From the NCBI GenBank assembly GCA_963803145.1, contig CAWDLW010000015.1:160001-224000 (forward strand): a stretch of DNA of 64,000 bases, in the 5' to 3' direction. Shown here piece after piece: positions 10,566-19,998 of this stretch (position 1 is its first letter; every line of letters begins with the position of its first letter). Under the pieces are notes generated by a model. The model searched no databases, was not told the DNA's origin, and saw only the letters and a list, made by a program, of their open reading frames with translations. The translations under genes were made by a program, and so were the position numbers. This DNA comes from Methanotrichaceae archaeon. Its GTDB lineage: Archaea > Halobacteriota > Methanosarcinia > Methanotrichales > Methanotrichaceae.

Positions 10566-11342
10566 CTATCTGCCATGAGGCATCATAGGCGGCTCTGCAT
10601 TACCCATCCTGTGCTCATGAGGTTCAGCATTTTCAGCATCGAGGAGCATCCTGTAATTCCCGTCATATTTGCCTTCGCTCATATTTAGGACGCCTTGGCT
10701 TACCTGCGCCGTACCCTCTCTTGCCAGGGCTACGGTTATATGGCCAATTATCGTGATGTTGTGATACGATACTGTTGGCGGCTGGGAAACATTCGCATCT
10801 AGAACAGTCGTGTTGCCTGTGGATGGCATCCTTATATCAACAAGCCTGTAGGTATTATTGCCAAGCCTCATAACTCCGCGATTGGTTACATTGCCTTCCT
10901 GCATTCTGATGTCGTCTCTTATTTCATCTAATGTCATATTGGATGCAAGGAGCTTTATGATGCTTGTTGGATCCACCGGCCTTACGCTTTCAACGCTGAT
11001 CCTCAATGATATGGATTCGTTGTCTTTCAAGGCAAACCCCATCCATTGGTGGAAGACTATACCTATCGGCCCGCTATCTGTGTCCCTCAATGCCGTGCCA
11101 ATGAGCGGCTGTTTCGCCCCGTTAAAGGAGATGATCGAAGTCGAATTTCCCTGATCCCTAGGTATGACAATAAACATCGGTACCTCATCATACCCTGCTA
11201 GATCCTGCTGCGCCGATTCCTTTTGCCTTGGTACCCTATCTGCTGGATTAGCAGGCTCGGCAATGCCCGATACGAGCAGACTGACCAGCACCACTGCAAT
11301 CAGCCCAATGAATAGGGATCGTCTATTCATCAATCTCCTCAT
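10566..11342 (-). CDS. Secreted hypothetical protein, paralog family copy C
   Basis: Signal peptide; MGFALKDNESISLRISVE...RGVMRLGNNTYRL...LDANV...IIGHITV. Confidence 0.8.
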   Translation of the reverse strand: MRRLMNRRSLFIGLIAVVLVSLLVSGIAEPANPADRVPRQKESAQQDLAGYDEVPMFIVIPRDQGNSTSIISFNGAKQPLIGTALRDTDSGPIGIVFHQWMGFALKDNESISLRISVESVRPVDPTSIIKLLASNMTLDEIRDDIRMQEGNVTNRGVMRLGNNTYRLVDIRMPSTGNTTVLDANVSQPPTVSYHNITIIGHITVALAREGTAQVSQGVLNMSEGKYDGNYRMLLDAENAEPHEHRMGNAEPPMMPHGR

Positions 11343-11887
11343 GAACTCCAGCCATTATTGATGCCGTCATACGTGGCATTCCTTGAAGATATACTTGCTT
11401 GTTGACCTGACGGCTTAAAAGGGGCTTAGAGGCAGAGGGCGTTGAAATCCTAGGCTGGAAAAATTCAAAAGGTTCTTTGTGCGTTGAATGCAATTCTGAA
11501 TCAATTCAAGAATGCTACATAGCCAAACCCTAGCTCTCTTGAAGGCTTAACATTGTGGAGGGCTTACTGGTAGCCCCCAAGGCTGCATTAACCATGGCAT
11601 GACCTTATTGGTTATGGATTCTAAATCTGCTGCGGTATACGGAGGTGAGACACCCCGCACCATCACTTCATAGAGATGTCTTCCACATGACTGGCATGTA
11701 ATTTCCGATTTCAATTATATTCAGAAGTTCTAAGCTCTACTATATTATGCATGGGAAGGGATTCTGTTGCATCCTGTGGACTTTTTTGAGCCTAGAACAA
11801 TGAGTAGTGGCCCGGTCTGATTTTCAGTGTTTACCTTAATATATTAAATAAACTAAAAAATAGAAAATTTTATAATTGTTTACTGAT

Positions 11888-12274
11888 CTAATTTACTATA
11901 ATAGTCCCGCCTGCTCCATCTACATTTAATGAGGGTATGGTAACTTGAGCCTTATAATTTCCGGTTGGCCAATTTTGGTCAATTGTGAAGTAAATAGTCA
12001 CGGGGGATTGTTTTGCATATCCTGGGATATTAAATGATTGTTGGAAAGTTCTAGTGTACCAACCGGGAACTGAAAGCTGCAAAGTAGCTGTACCAGATGC
12101 TGATTTACCATTATTATTATTGATGTATGCAGTAATCCAAGTTGAAGTCCCTCTGTGGTGTGGGTTGCCCCAATCCACATGATATAAACTTATACCACCC
12201 AAAGCCGATACAACTGAGGTAACCAATAGCAATACAATCATTATTGCTATAAGCCATTTACTTTTTGAATTCAT
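11888..12274 (-). CDS. Small secreted Ig-like protein
   Basis: GGAGGG SD before ATG 12274; signal peptide; WPTGNYKAQV pattern typical of an Ig-like strand; AT-rich. Confidence 0.65.
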   Translation of the reverse strand: MNSKSKWLIAIMIVLLLVTSVVSALGGISLYHVDWGNPHHRGTSTWITAYINNNNGKSASGTATLQLSVPGWYTRTFQQSFNIPGYAKQSPVTIYFTIDQNWPTGNYKAQVTIPSLNVDGAGGTIIVN

Positions 12275-12430
12275 GGAATTCCCTCCGAGCAAGAGATTTA
12301 GTTCCTCATATTTATTACTTATTGTTCCTTGTTCTATTAAATTTTGTGGAGGCCTTGTAAAACCAATAAGGCAAAGAGATATATAATGGATGTATGGTAT
12401 AAACTAATATTTCGAATTGGAGGGATATAA

Positions 12431-14044
12431 TTGAAAAAGAATTTTTATTCAATACTGGGCATAGTCGCATTGTTGTTCTACATCACTTTATCATTAATAC
12501 CTTTGAGTGTAGGAGATGAAAATTCAGTTGCATTCTATTGGGGAAAGGATCAAGCAGGAAATGATATCGGTTGGCATGTGAAATCGGGCGGGCCAATGGG
12601 GCCAGGCAACAATCTTTGGGGAATTGATAATGCGTGGCTTGACAAGACCACAAATGAGGTGCACCTTAAATTATCAAAATCAAAAACAGATGGTAACTGG
12701 TATTGTGCTGAGATCTATACCGACCAATATTTGAATTTCGGAAAGTATCAGTTTTGGGTCACCACTCCCCTAGATAATCTTGACCCTAATGTAGTTTTTG
12801 GAATGTTTAATTATCCAGATAATGTGGTAGTAGACGGAACCAATGAGATGCTAGTAGATGGAACCAATGAGATCGACATTGAAGTCGCAAGATGGGGAAA
12901 TCCCCAAAACCCCAATCTGAATTATGGGTTCTATCCAAGTTGGAACCTAAATAAAGGACAAATATTCAAATATCCATGTGAACTTATATTAAATGGAGAT
13001 AAAACTTCAACGCATCGATTCATTTGGCAAAAGGATAGCGTATACTTCCAAAGCCTAAACGGATTCAAGGAATGGGGCGACAATTCGGATCAGATCAACA
13101 GCGCTAAGTCTTCCGATTATGTCGCGAGTTACATTCCTCAAGTACCACTACGGGTACATATAAATCTCTACCTCTATGAAAATCAGACGCCAGCCATTGA
13201 TGACGATATTGTAATCGTACTTAAAGATTTTTCATTCACTAAAGAAGGCAGCCCATCAAACACCCCAGAACAAGTCTGCCAAGCTAGCGGAGGCACATAT
13301 CAGAATGGACAGTGCATCATGCCATCTGTCTCCTCATCTCCATTCAAGGTTACATCAGGAACCTACAGTGAAACAGCAGACTTGGATCAAGCAGTCAAGA
13401 ACGAGTTTGGCAATGATTATCGTGTAGCTGATTGGAACGATATATTGGCATACAGTGGGGATATAGAAAGCTGGGCTAATGGAATAGGAATGAAACATGG
13501 CGATTATTGTTTCGTCACATGGAAGGGGCAAGGGTTCTGGAATGGAGGAAATAGGCATTATTTCATAACAAGATTTGATCATGTAGTTGATAGTGGCTAC
13601 CTAGTCCACGATCAGATAGAAAACAACTTCATAACTTTGGGTTCTTGGTATGGCATTCAAGAGCGCATTCTCGCAATTAAAACTACAGGCAACTCTACAC
13701 CACCATCAAGTAATCCAGGGCAAAACACGCCCAGAACAAATGAATATTGGCCTGGCTCGACACCTACGGCATGCACTCCAGGAAGTGCATATGCTATGTG
13801 TAAATCTTCAAATTCATGCGTTGATTGCTCTGGCCATTGTTACTCAGAAGGTCGCTACACATCCAGCCAAGGATATCCAATGGTTTGCTCTCAGGGAAAG
13901 TGGATTATAGGAGGTAGCAGCTCAACGCCACCAGAACCTAAAGATAGTTGCTCAACAGGTTGGGTGACTGACTTTATTAGTGGGCAACGTTTCTGTTGCC
14001 CAGAAGGAGCTTGGGACGGTCGAACGTGCCATTTAAAATTATAA
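12431..14044 (+). CDS. Secreted multidomain protein: GH16-like domain, second globular domain and Cys-rich tail
   Basis: GGAGGG SD and TTG start; signal peptide; NEIDIEVARWG matches the GH16 E-x-D-x-E catalytic motif; C-terminal region with many Cys. Confidence 0.7.
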   Translation: MKKNFYSILGIVALLFYITLSLIPLSVGDENSVAFYWGKDQAGNDIGWHVKSGGPMGPGNNLWGIDNAWLDKTTNEVHLKLSKSKTDGNWYCAEIYTDQYLNFGKYQFWVTTPLDNLDPNVVFGMFNYPDNVVVDGTNEMLVDGTNEIDIEVARWGNPQNPNLNYGFYPSWNLNKGQIFKYPCELILNGDKTSTHRFIWQKDSVYFQSLNGFKEWGDNSDQINSAKSSDYVASYIPQVPLRVHINLYLYENQTPAIDDDIVIVLKDFSFTKEGSPSNTPEQVCQASGGTYQNGQCIMPSVSSSPFKVTSGTYSETADLDQAVKNEFGNDYRVADWNDILAYSGDIESWANGIGMKHGDYCFVTWKGQGFWNGGNRHYFITRFDHVVDSGYLVHDQIENNFITLGSWYGIQERILAIKTTGNSTPPSSNPGQNTPRTNEYWPGSTPTACTPGSAYAMCKSSNSCVDCSGHCYSEGRYTSSQGYPMVCSQGKWIIGGSSSTPPEPKDSCSTGWVTDFISGQRFCCPEGAWDGRTCHLKL

Positions 14045-14059
14045 TATATTTGCATGGGC

Positions 14060-14194
14060 ATGATCTTAAATGCATGTCCTTTTACGGATGCATGGTACAA
14101 CAAAGGCATAGCTTTCAAGCCGCTCGGTCATACAACTGAAGCTAATGCAGCCTTCGCCAAGGCCAAGGAGCTGGGATTTATAGGCGAATCCTAG
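14060..14194 (+). pseudogene. Orphan C-terminal fragment of a TPR protein
   Basis: Translates as DAWYNKGIAFKPLGHTTEANAAFAKAKELGFIGES*, matching the terminal TPR cap motif seen in 21848-23653 and 23968-25530. Confidence 0.7.
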
Positions 14195-14363
14195 CTCTCA
14201 GCAAATTTCTGTTTTAGCAGCTATCAAAAAACCGTTATCATGCGATCGTTGAAATTTTATTCCATAATGTACGGGAACGATGAATTAGGCAGAATGGTAG
14301 TTAGGCCAATACCAGAAGAGCTCTGCAAGCTGTATATTTTGCTGTGGGCAAATGTGCGCATAA

Positions 14364-14624
14364 CTACATATCATAAGCATAGTCATGATGATCAAAATTT
14401 ACAAACCAAATTTCATTGCCTACAATTTTATAAATAATTACCCAATTTCCAACATGGCAGCTGCGATAACCAGCTAGGTTTTGGGTTAAAGTCTCTCCGA
14501 TTTCAGGATTATCAAGGATCTCTCGGATCTTCTTGAGAGTCCTATCCTTTAGAACCACGTTCTTTTTGGTCAATCGCTTAAAGTTCTTTTCATAGAGAGG
14601 CGATGAACGCGGTATATACGCCAT
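14364..14624 (-). CDS. RelE/ParE-family type II toxin
   Basis: 86 aa; NPEIGETLTQNLAGYRSCHVGNWVIIYKI...FVNFDHHDYAY. Confidence 0.85.
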   Translation of the reverse strand: MAYIPRSSPLYEKNFKRLTKKNVVLKDRTLKKIREILDNPEIGETLTQNLAGYRSCHVGNWVIIYKIVGNEIWFVNFDHHDYAYDM

Positions 14625-14630
14625 GCTGAT

Positions 14631-14795
14631 CTACAATTTTTCTAGATACTCTATAAACTCATCAGCATCCTTGAACTTTTTTCCAAGACCAGCCCTGATT
14701 TCAGCTTCTCCTTTCAAGGTTCCGGCAACTATCCGCGTATCCTCTTCGAGCGGTACCACCTTCTTTTTGGGCGTTTTAGCGGCTTTTGCCTTCAT
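14631..14795 (-). CDS. Putative antitoxin (54 aa, below the ORF-track cut-off)
   Basis: MKAKAAKTPKKKVVPLEEDTRIVAGTLKGEAEIRAGLGKKFKDADEFIEYLEKL* ends 6 nt before the toxin ATG; the EIRAG..K.F..ADEFIEYL tail is typical of RelB-like antitoxins. Confidence 0.8.
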   Translation of the reverse strand: MKAKAAKTPKKKVVPLEEDTRIVAGTLKGEAEIRAGLGKKFKDADEFIEYLEKL

Positions 14796-15071
14796 CCACG
14801 AGTGCTTAGATCTAATACGTTAAGCATTTTTCGGCACTGGAGTGTATGTTCCACTTATCGAGCTAATACGTGCTATGTTGGATAAGTCCCCGAAACCAAT
14901 AAGCTGACATAGTGGTAACGGAAAACGACTCGAAATCGGCATCATGAGGCAAAATTTTGAGGAAGTTATCCAACACAGCAACATAATATCAAAAATCTAT
15001 AGGTCAGACCTGGCAGCTGCGTGTATTTATGAAATAGACTTCAATTATGACAGCGGCGTTCTCGGAAGAAT

Positions 15072-16295
15072 TTATTGCGTCCCTTTCTTTGATGAAAACC
15101 ATTCAGATAGTTCTATAATATTTACCCTGCCCATTTCTTTCTTTGTTACCAGTTTTCTGCGCTCGAGTGAGAGAAGAATGCCAGTTAAAGAGGACTTCGG
15201 AATACGCGTCTCATATCTTATATCAGCCTGTACCATCTTTCCGTTATGATTAATTAAAGCCGTTAAAACCGCTCTTTCCCTGCTGGTTAGGGTTTCCATG
15301 ACAGCTGCCATCTCGCTAGTAATACTTATGGCCTGGTTGGCCGTTTCAGGCACTTTATGATCTATGCTACTTGATTCATCTGCGTTCAAATCGTTCTCTG
15401 ACTCAGAAGGATTTTCATCTAATCCAACTCCCTGGAGATCCATGCAATGCTGATTGCGGTCTGCTGATGGATCGGGATTATTTATTGGATTATCCACTTC
15501 GCTGGATCCATCCTTTTGTCCTGATGATTTATTCTCCTCTGAGATGTTGGGATTATCCACCGCTTTGTCTAATGCTTCACTAATTACGTTATCGAGCTTT
15601 GCGTTCTCTACCTCAGGGCCATTTGATCGGTCATCTTTAGGAGCTAACGTGACTGCTTTTCGTCTCCTCCAGACAATTATAGCCGCAGATGCCAGAGCTA
15701 ACCCAAACAACGCCGATGCAGGCTCCAAATAAGAGTTGCTGGACACAACTGTTGTGTTATTAGAAGCCATCGGTGTGCTGGAGTCCGTTATCGGCAGCTG
15801 GTAGTCTATGATGATTGTAGGGCTCTTAACATCGTAACCATGGAGGTCTACCTGAAATGAATCATTGGTTGCAGAAACTAGGTATTCAAGATCTGGAGTG
15901 GCATTTATCTTGCTGATCTTTACAGATGCTGGAAGATAGAATATCGAATGGTATTCGCTGTAGTTTCCCTGCGAGGGCAGCTTTGCCTCCCAGTCCTCTC
16001 CTGATTTATACGTTAATGAGTCTGTGAGCGCATAAAGCTGCTTGGTGTCTTTATCGTATTTGTACTGGGAATCTTTGAGAAAAGATAGGCCATTGATGCT
16101 GTCCGCATAGCCGGTAACCAGGACCTTGCCTGCATCGTTGACATAGATATTCAGAACTAGGTTACTTGTATAGGTGCTGTTTGTGGTGATATTGTAGCTC
16201 TGAGCCATGTATACGGGCATTATCGCTGAGAGGAGAACTACGGTGACGAAAACACAAAGTAACCCGATCCTAATTGGTCCTGCTATCTTCGACAT
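15072..16295 (-). CDS. Membrane-anchored winged-helix transcriptional regulator with extracellular domain (COG2512-like)
   Basis: Signal peptide, extracellular domain, TM helix plus RRRK, acidic linker, C-terminal LTSRERAVL...QADIRYETRIPKSSLTGILLSLERRKLV. Confidence 0.85.
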   Translation of the reverse strand: MSKIAGPIRIGLLCVFVTVVLLSAIMPVYMAQSYNITTNSTYTSNLVLNIYVNDAGKVLVTGYADSINGLSFLKDSQYKYDKDTKQLYALTDSLTYKSGEDWEAKLPSQGNYSEYHSIFYLPASVKISKINATPDLEYLVSATNDSFQVDLHGYDVKSPTIIIDYQLPITDSSTPMASNNTTVVSSNSYLEPASALFGLALASAAIIVWRRRKAVTLAPKDDRSNGPEVENAKLDNVISEALDKAVDNPNISEENKSSGQKDGSSEVDNPINNPDPSADRNQHCMDLQGVGLDENPSESENDLNADESSSIDHKVPETANQAISITSEMAAVMETLTSRERAVLTALINHNGKMVQADIRYETRIPKSSLTGILLSLERRKLVTKKEMGRVNIIELSEWFSSKKGTQ

Positions 16296-16476
16296 TCAGC
16301 GAAACCCAACCTTTTTCCCATCGACTGATACAATAATCAACTACTTAAAGTTTGAGCTCAAAATTTGGAGAATCATAATAGAAAAGCTCTTTTATAAATA
16401 TCATCATCTTTTTTCTCAGCAATTGTTTATCTTTCGACATAACTCGCATATTTTAGTCGGCATATACTGGATCCAT

Positions 16477-18126
16477 CTAACACATTTTGCAGGCGATAGG
16501 CATTCTCCAGCCGCTGCCAAAGGCTCGATCTGTAACCTTTATTCCAGGAGCAGCCTGCTTCCGCTTGAACTCAGCTGACTTGACAAGGGATAGTACATGG
16601 CTAACAGTCGCTGCATCAAATCCTTGTGCAATGATCTCCTCTGAAGATTGGTGTTGTTGTATATGCATCTCAAGGATTGCATCAAGAATATCGTAAGGCG
16701 GCAAGCTGTCCTGGTCTGTCTGACATGGCCTCAGCTCGGCCGTTGGTGCTTTTGTAAGAATGGCATTGGGGATTATGTCCTTCCTCGCATTTAGCCAGTT
16801 CGCGATTCGATAAATCATGGTCTTGGGAACATCAGATATCACGGCTAAACCACCTGACATATCGCCATAGATTGTGCAATAGCCCACCGCAAGCTCTGAC
16901 TTATTTCCAGTCGTGAGCAGGAGAGAACCGTACTTATTCGAGATGGCCATGAGCAGGTTTCCTCGTATTCTGGCCTGGATGTTCTCCTCAGTCACATCCT
17001 TCTCTAGTCCGCGAAAGGCATCCTTAAGGCTGAGATCAAAGGAACCCATGATCTCATTGATGGGTAGTGTCAGCGTTTTTATGCCCAGTCTGCGAGAAAG
17101 CGTCAGCGAATCATCGATGCTTCCCTGGCTCGAATAAGGCGACGGCATGAGCACACCCAAAACATTTTCGGGACCAAGGGCCTCTGCTGCAACGCTCGCA
17201 GTGAGTGCAGAATCGATGCCTCCCGATAAGCCCAGCAATACTCCCTTAAATCCGCATTTGCGGCAATAATCCCTTATTCCTAAAACAAGAGCGTTCCAGA
17301 TCTCAGCCTCGGGTGTGAAATCATCATCTGCAATAGGACCGAGACGGGACTTCAAATCTACTACTACAATATCCTCCTCGAATCCTTTGCCGCGGGCTAT
17401 GAGCTTGCCGACGGCGCCAAAGGCACAGCTTCTGCCATCAAAAACCAGATCATCATTGCCCCCAATCTGGTTGACATAGATAAAAGGAACTCCGTACTTG
17501 TGTGCCATGCCGCCCAGCATCGCCTCGCGGTGAAGCTGCTTGCCAACTGAAAATGGTGATGCTGATAAATTGATGATGGCCTCTGCTCCGACTTTCACAA
17601 GCTCCTCAATTGGATCTGTGTGATAGCGCCTGCGCTTCCAGAAATCGCGATCATTCCAGACATCCTCGCAGATAGATATACCCATTTTGATTCCATCTAA
17701 TTCAAGAATCTGAGGATTGTATCCTGGTTCAAAATAGCGATCCTCGTCGAATACATCATAAGTTGGCAGCAAAGTCTTATGAAAGGTTCGTATGATTTTG
17801 CCGTCATGCAGTAATGCAGCTGAGTTGAAGAGTGGCCTGCCTTCTAACGCTGGATTAGGGGCAGCTATGCCCACCAGCGCCGGTATACATCCCGCCAGCT
17901 CTTTGGCGAGATTCTCTAGGACATGCCAGCTTCGACTGATGAAGTCTGCATTCAGAAGTAGATCGCGAGGCGGATAGCCCAGGAGAGCAAGTTCTGAGGT
18001 TATCGCCAGATCCGCATCAATGCCTCGAATGGCATGAGATATTAGATCTGCATTGCCTTTCAGATCTCCAACTGTTGGATTGAGCTGCAGTAGCGCAAGT
18101 TTCATTTCAGGTTTAATAGCACGCAT
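16477..18126 (-). CDS. nadE: Glutamine-dependent NAD+ synthetase
   Basis: Nitrilase domain (ELALLGYPPRD, KTLLPTYDVFDE, ICEDVW) and synthetase domain (LGLSGGIDS, ENIQARIRG, TGNKSE). Confidence 0.95.
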   Translation of the reverse strand: MRAIKPEMKLALLQLNPTVGDLKGNADLISHAIRGIDADLAITSELALLGYPPRDLLLNADFISRSWHVLENLAKELAGCIPALVGIAAPNPALEGRPLFNSAALLHDGKIIRTFHKTLLPTYDVFDEDRYFEPGYNPQILELDGIKMGISICEDVWNDRDFWKRRRYHTDPIEELVKVGAEAIINLSASPFSVGKQLHREAMLGGMAHKYGVPFIYVNQIGGNDDLVFDGRSCAFGAVGKLIARGKGFEEDIVVVDLKSRLGPIADDDFTPEAEIWNALVLGIRDYCRKCGFKGVLLGLSGGIDSALTASVAAEALGPENVLGVLMPSPYSSQGSIDDSLTLSRRLGIKTLTLPINEIMGSFDLSLKDAFRGLEKDVTEENIQARIRGNLLMAISNKYGSLLLTTGNKSELAVGYCTIYGDMSGGLAVISDVPKTMIYRIANWLNARKDIIPNAILTKAPTAELRPCQTDQDSLPPYDILDAILEMHIQQHQSSEEIIAQGFDAATVSHVLSLVKSAEFKRKQAAPGIKVTDRAFGSGWRMPIACKMC

Positions 18127-18245
18127 ATAGATTTAAAGCCGATTGGACCTTGTATTACAAACAAGTATAAGGCGCTATGATGAAATGGCCTGACTGATCG
18201 GTGATGAGGATATTGAGTTCTGAGCGCCTTTTAGAGATCAAAAAT

Positions 18246-19226
18246 CTAAAGATCTTTATGAGGCACAAGGTCGCACCCTGTACATTTATAGCAGCCTGTC
18301 AGAGCTAGATTTCCCTGAAGATCATTCCTATCCAGAGATTTTCGCAGATAGCATGCGAGGCCCAATAGTCTCTCAGATGAAGGCCTGATCATATCGATTT
18401 CGCCGATACGTAAGGGATGAGGGTAGACTGCCCTTAAAACAGGAAGCACTCCCACCTCTGTTAGCTCATCAATTCCTGAACGCAGTGTTTTATCAGATTC
18501 GCCTAACCCGATAATCACATTGGAGAAAACTCTATTCTTGCCGAAGATAGCAACTGCCTCTTCAAGCGCATCCATGATACCCATATAAGAAATGCCCGGG
18601 CATACCCTTCCAAAAAGGTCTTGATCGAGGGTTTCGATATTGTACTTCACTTCATCAGCCCCAGCGCTTTTCAGAATCTTGTTTACACCTGGGAAAGGAC
18701 TTATTGAGACTCCGATTGGCACTCCGATACCTTTGGCCTTGAGATCTCTGACTATTCCAGCTATCCTTTCAGCCTCCCGCTCGGGCGAGACCTCAACACC
18801 TGAGGTAAGAGAGACAGCTCTCAATTTGCCTGTATCTGCGGCCTTATCGATCATTCCACCTACCAGCGCAGATGGCTTCACCCTTCCGCACAGCTTTGGT
18901 ACAGCGCAGAATTTGCAGTCGTAGATGCATCGCTCAGAAACGGTGATATACGCCTGTTCAGGACAGTGAAGAAGAGGCTCAACAAGCTCGCCTTGTGCAA
19001 CTTTTTCGCCTCCATGAAGTATCTCCACACCATTTTCGAGCCTTTTCAGGCTTAGCTCTGATTTCTCTACAACACTCAGCCTTACAATCCGATCTCCAGA
19101 GCGGAAGAAGATAGATTGTCCTCCGGCACCAGGGCCGGACGTAGATGATAGGCCGAAGGGTCCATGCTCCGCCATCTCTATCGTGCCTATCGAGATAAGG
19201 CGTGCTTTGGTCTCAAGATCCATCAA
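18246..19226 (-). CDS. Radical SAM protein (biotin-synthase-like, archaeal)
   Basis: CIYDCKFC motif; C-terminal CYKCTGCD. Confidence 0.85.
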   Translation of the reverse strand: MMDLETKARLISIGTIEMAEHGPFGLSSTSGPGAGGQSIFFRSGDRIVRLSVVEKSELSLKRLENGVEILHGGEKVAQGELVEPLLHCPEQAYITVSERCIYDCKFCAVPKLCGRVKPSALVGGMIDKAADTGKLRAVSLTSGVEVSPEREAERIAGIVRDLKAKGIGVPIGVSISPFPGVNKILKSAGADEVKYNIETLDQDLFGRVCPGISYMGIMDALEEAVAIFGKNRVFSNVIIGLGESDKTLRSGIDELTEVGVLPVLRAVYPHPLRIGEIDMIRPSSERLLGLACYLRKSLDRNDLQGNLALTGCYKCTGCDLVPHKDL

Positions 19227-19279
19227 CTTTCTGTCTACTCACATACCTTAAAGAAATTATCCTATCATATATCTCAGAG

Positions 19280-19747
19280 ATGATTCTGCATCTCTTCCAT
19301 GACGGCAAATGTCTGGCAGATGTGGCCTATCTTAAGGATGCCATTGAGGTATGCTATGGTGTCTATGGTTTAAGGGTGCAGGATCGAGGATACCTCTATG
19401 TGCCTTTAAAGGGGCAGCTTCTGGATGCTGCGAAACTGCTGAGGTATCTTGAAATCGCTGCAAACAAGCGAGCATCGCTCTGGATAATAGGCGGCAAAAT
19501 CTTTTACCCTGGCTCCGGTTTTGTCTTCGGCTGCTCTGCTGAAATGTGTGCCGTCTTATCGGCAGCTGAGATGGAGCCTGAGATCCTCGCCAAAGAGGCG
19601 CTACATGAGGTCGGCCACATCCTGGGCCTGGGGCATTGCAGCAAGAGCTGTGTGATGAACCTCTCAGATTCAATTGAAATGGCAAAGGAGAAGCCTTCGT
19701 TCCTCTGCTCTAGCTGCTCAGAACGAATAGGATTCCCCAGGATCTAG
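19280..19747 (+). CDS. Archaemetzincin-like Zn metalloprotease (M54)
   Basis: KEALHEVGHILGLGHC..SCVM and C-terminal CSSC; start placed at ATG 19280. Confidence 0.85.
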   Translation: MILHLFHDGKCLADVAYLKDAIEVCYGVYGLRVQDRGYLYVPLKGQLLDAAKLLRYLEIAANKRASLWIIGGKIFYPGSGFVFGCSAEMCAVLSAAEMEPEILAKEALHEVGHILGLGHCSKSCVMNLSDSIEMAKEKPSFLCSSCSERIGFPRI

Positions 19748-19998
19748 ACAACTGTCACAATATTGCTCTGGCCGAGGATCGGCCTGTTGATATCATAAGC
19801 GAACATCCTGAAATCGTACTGACCAGGCTCCATAGATGCCTGAAGGTTATCTCAAAGTAGCTATTACTAGCACAGCTACTATCATTAGAACCGATGGCTT
19901 CAATGGCCTCATGCTCATATATCTATAGCGATTGCTCGAGGGGTATAAAATGATATGGTGCCATTCTTCAGCCAGCTATTTAAATAGGGATTGCCATT

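Noticed and set aside
11345-11880. Structured ncRNA or gene relic in the 540-bp intergenic gap
   Set aside because: No convincing long stems or recognisable protein motifs found by eye; left unassigned
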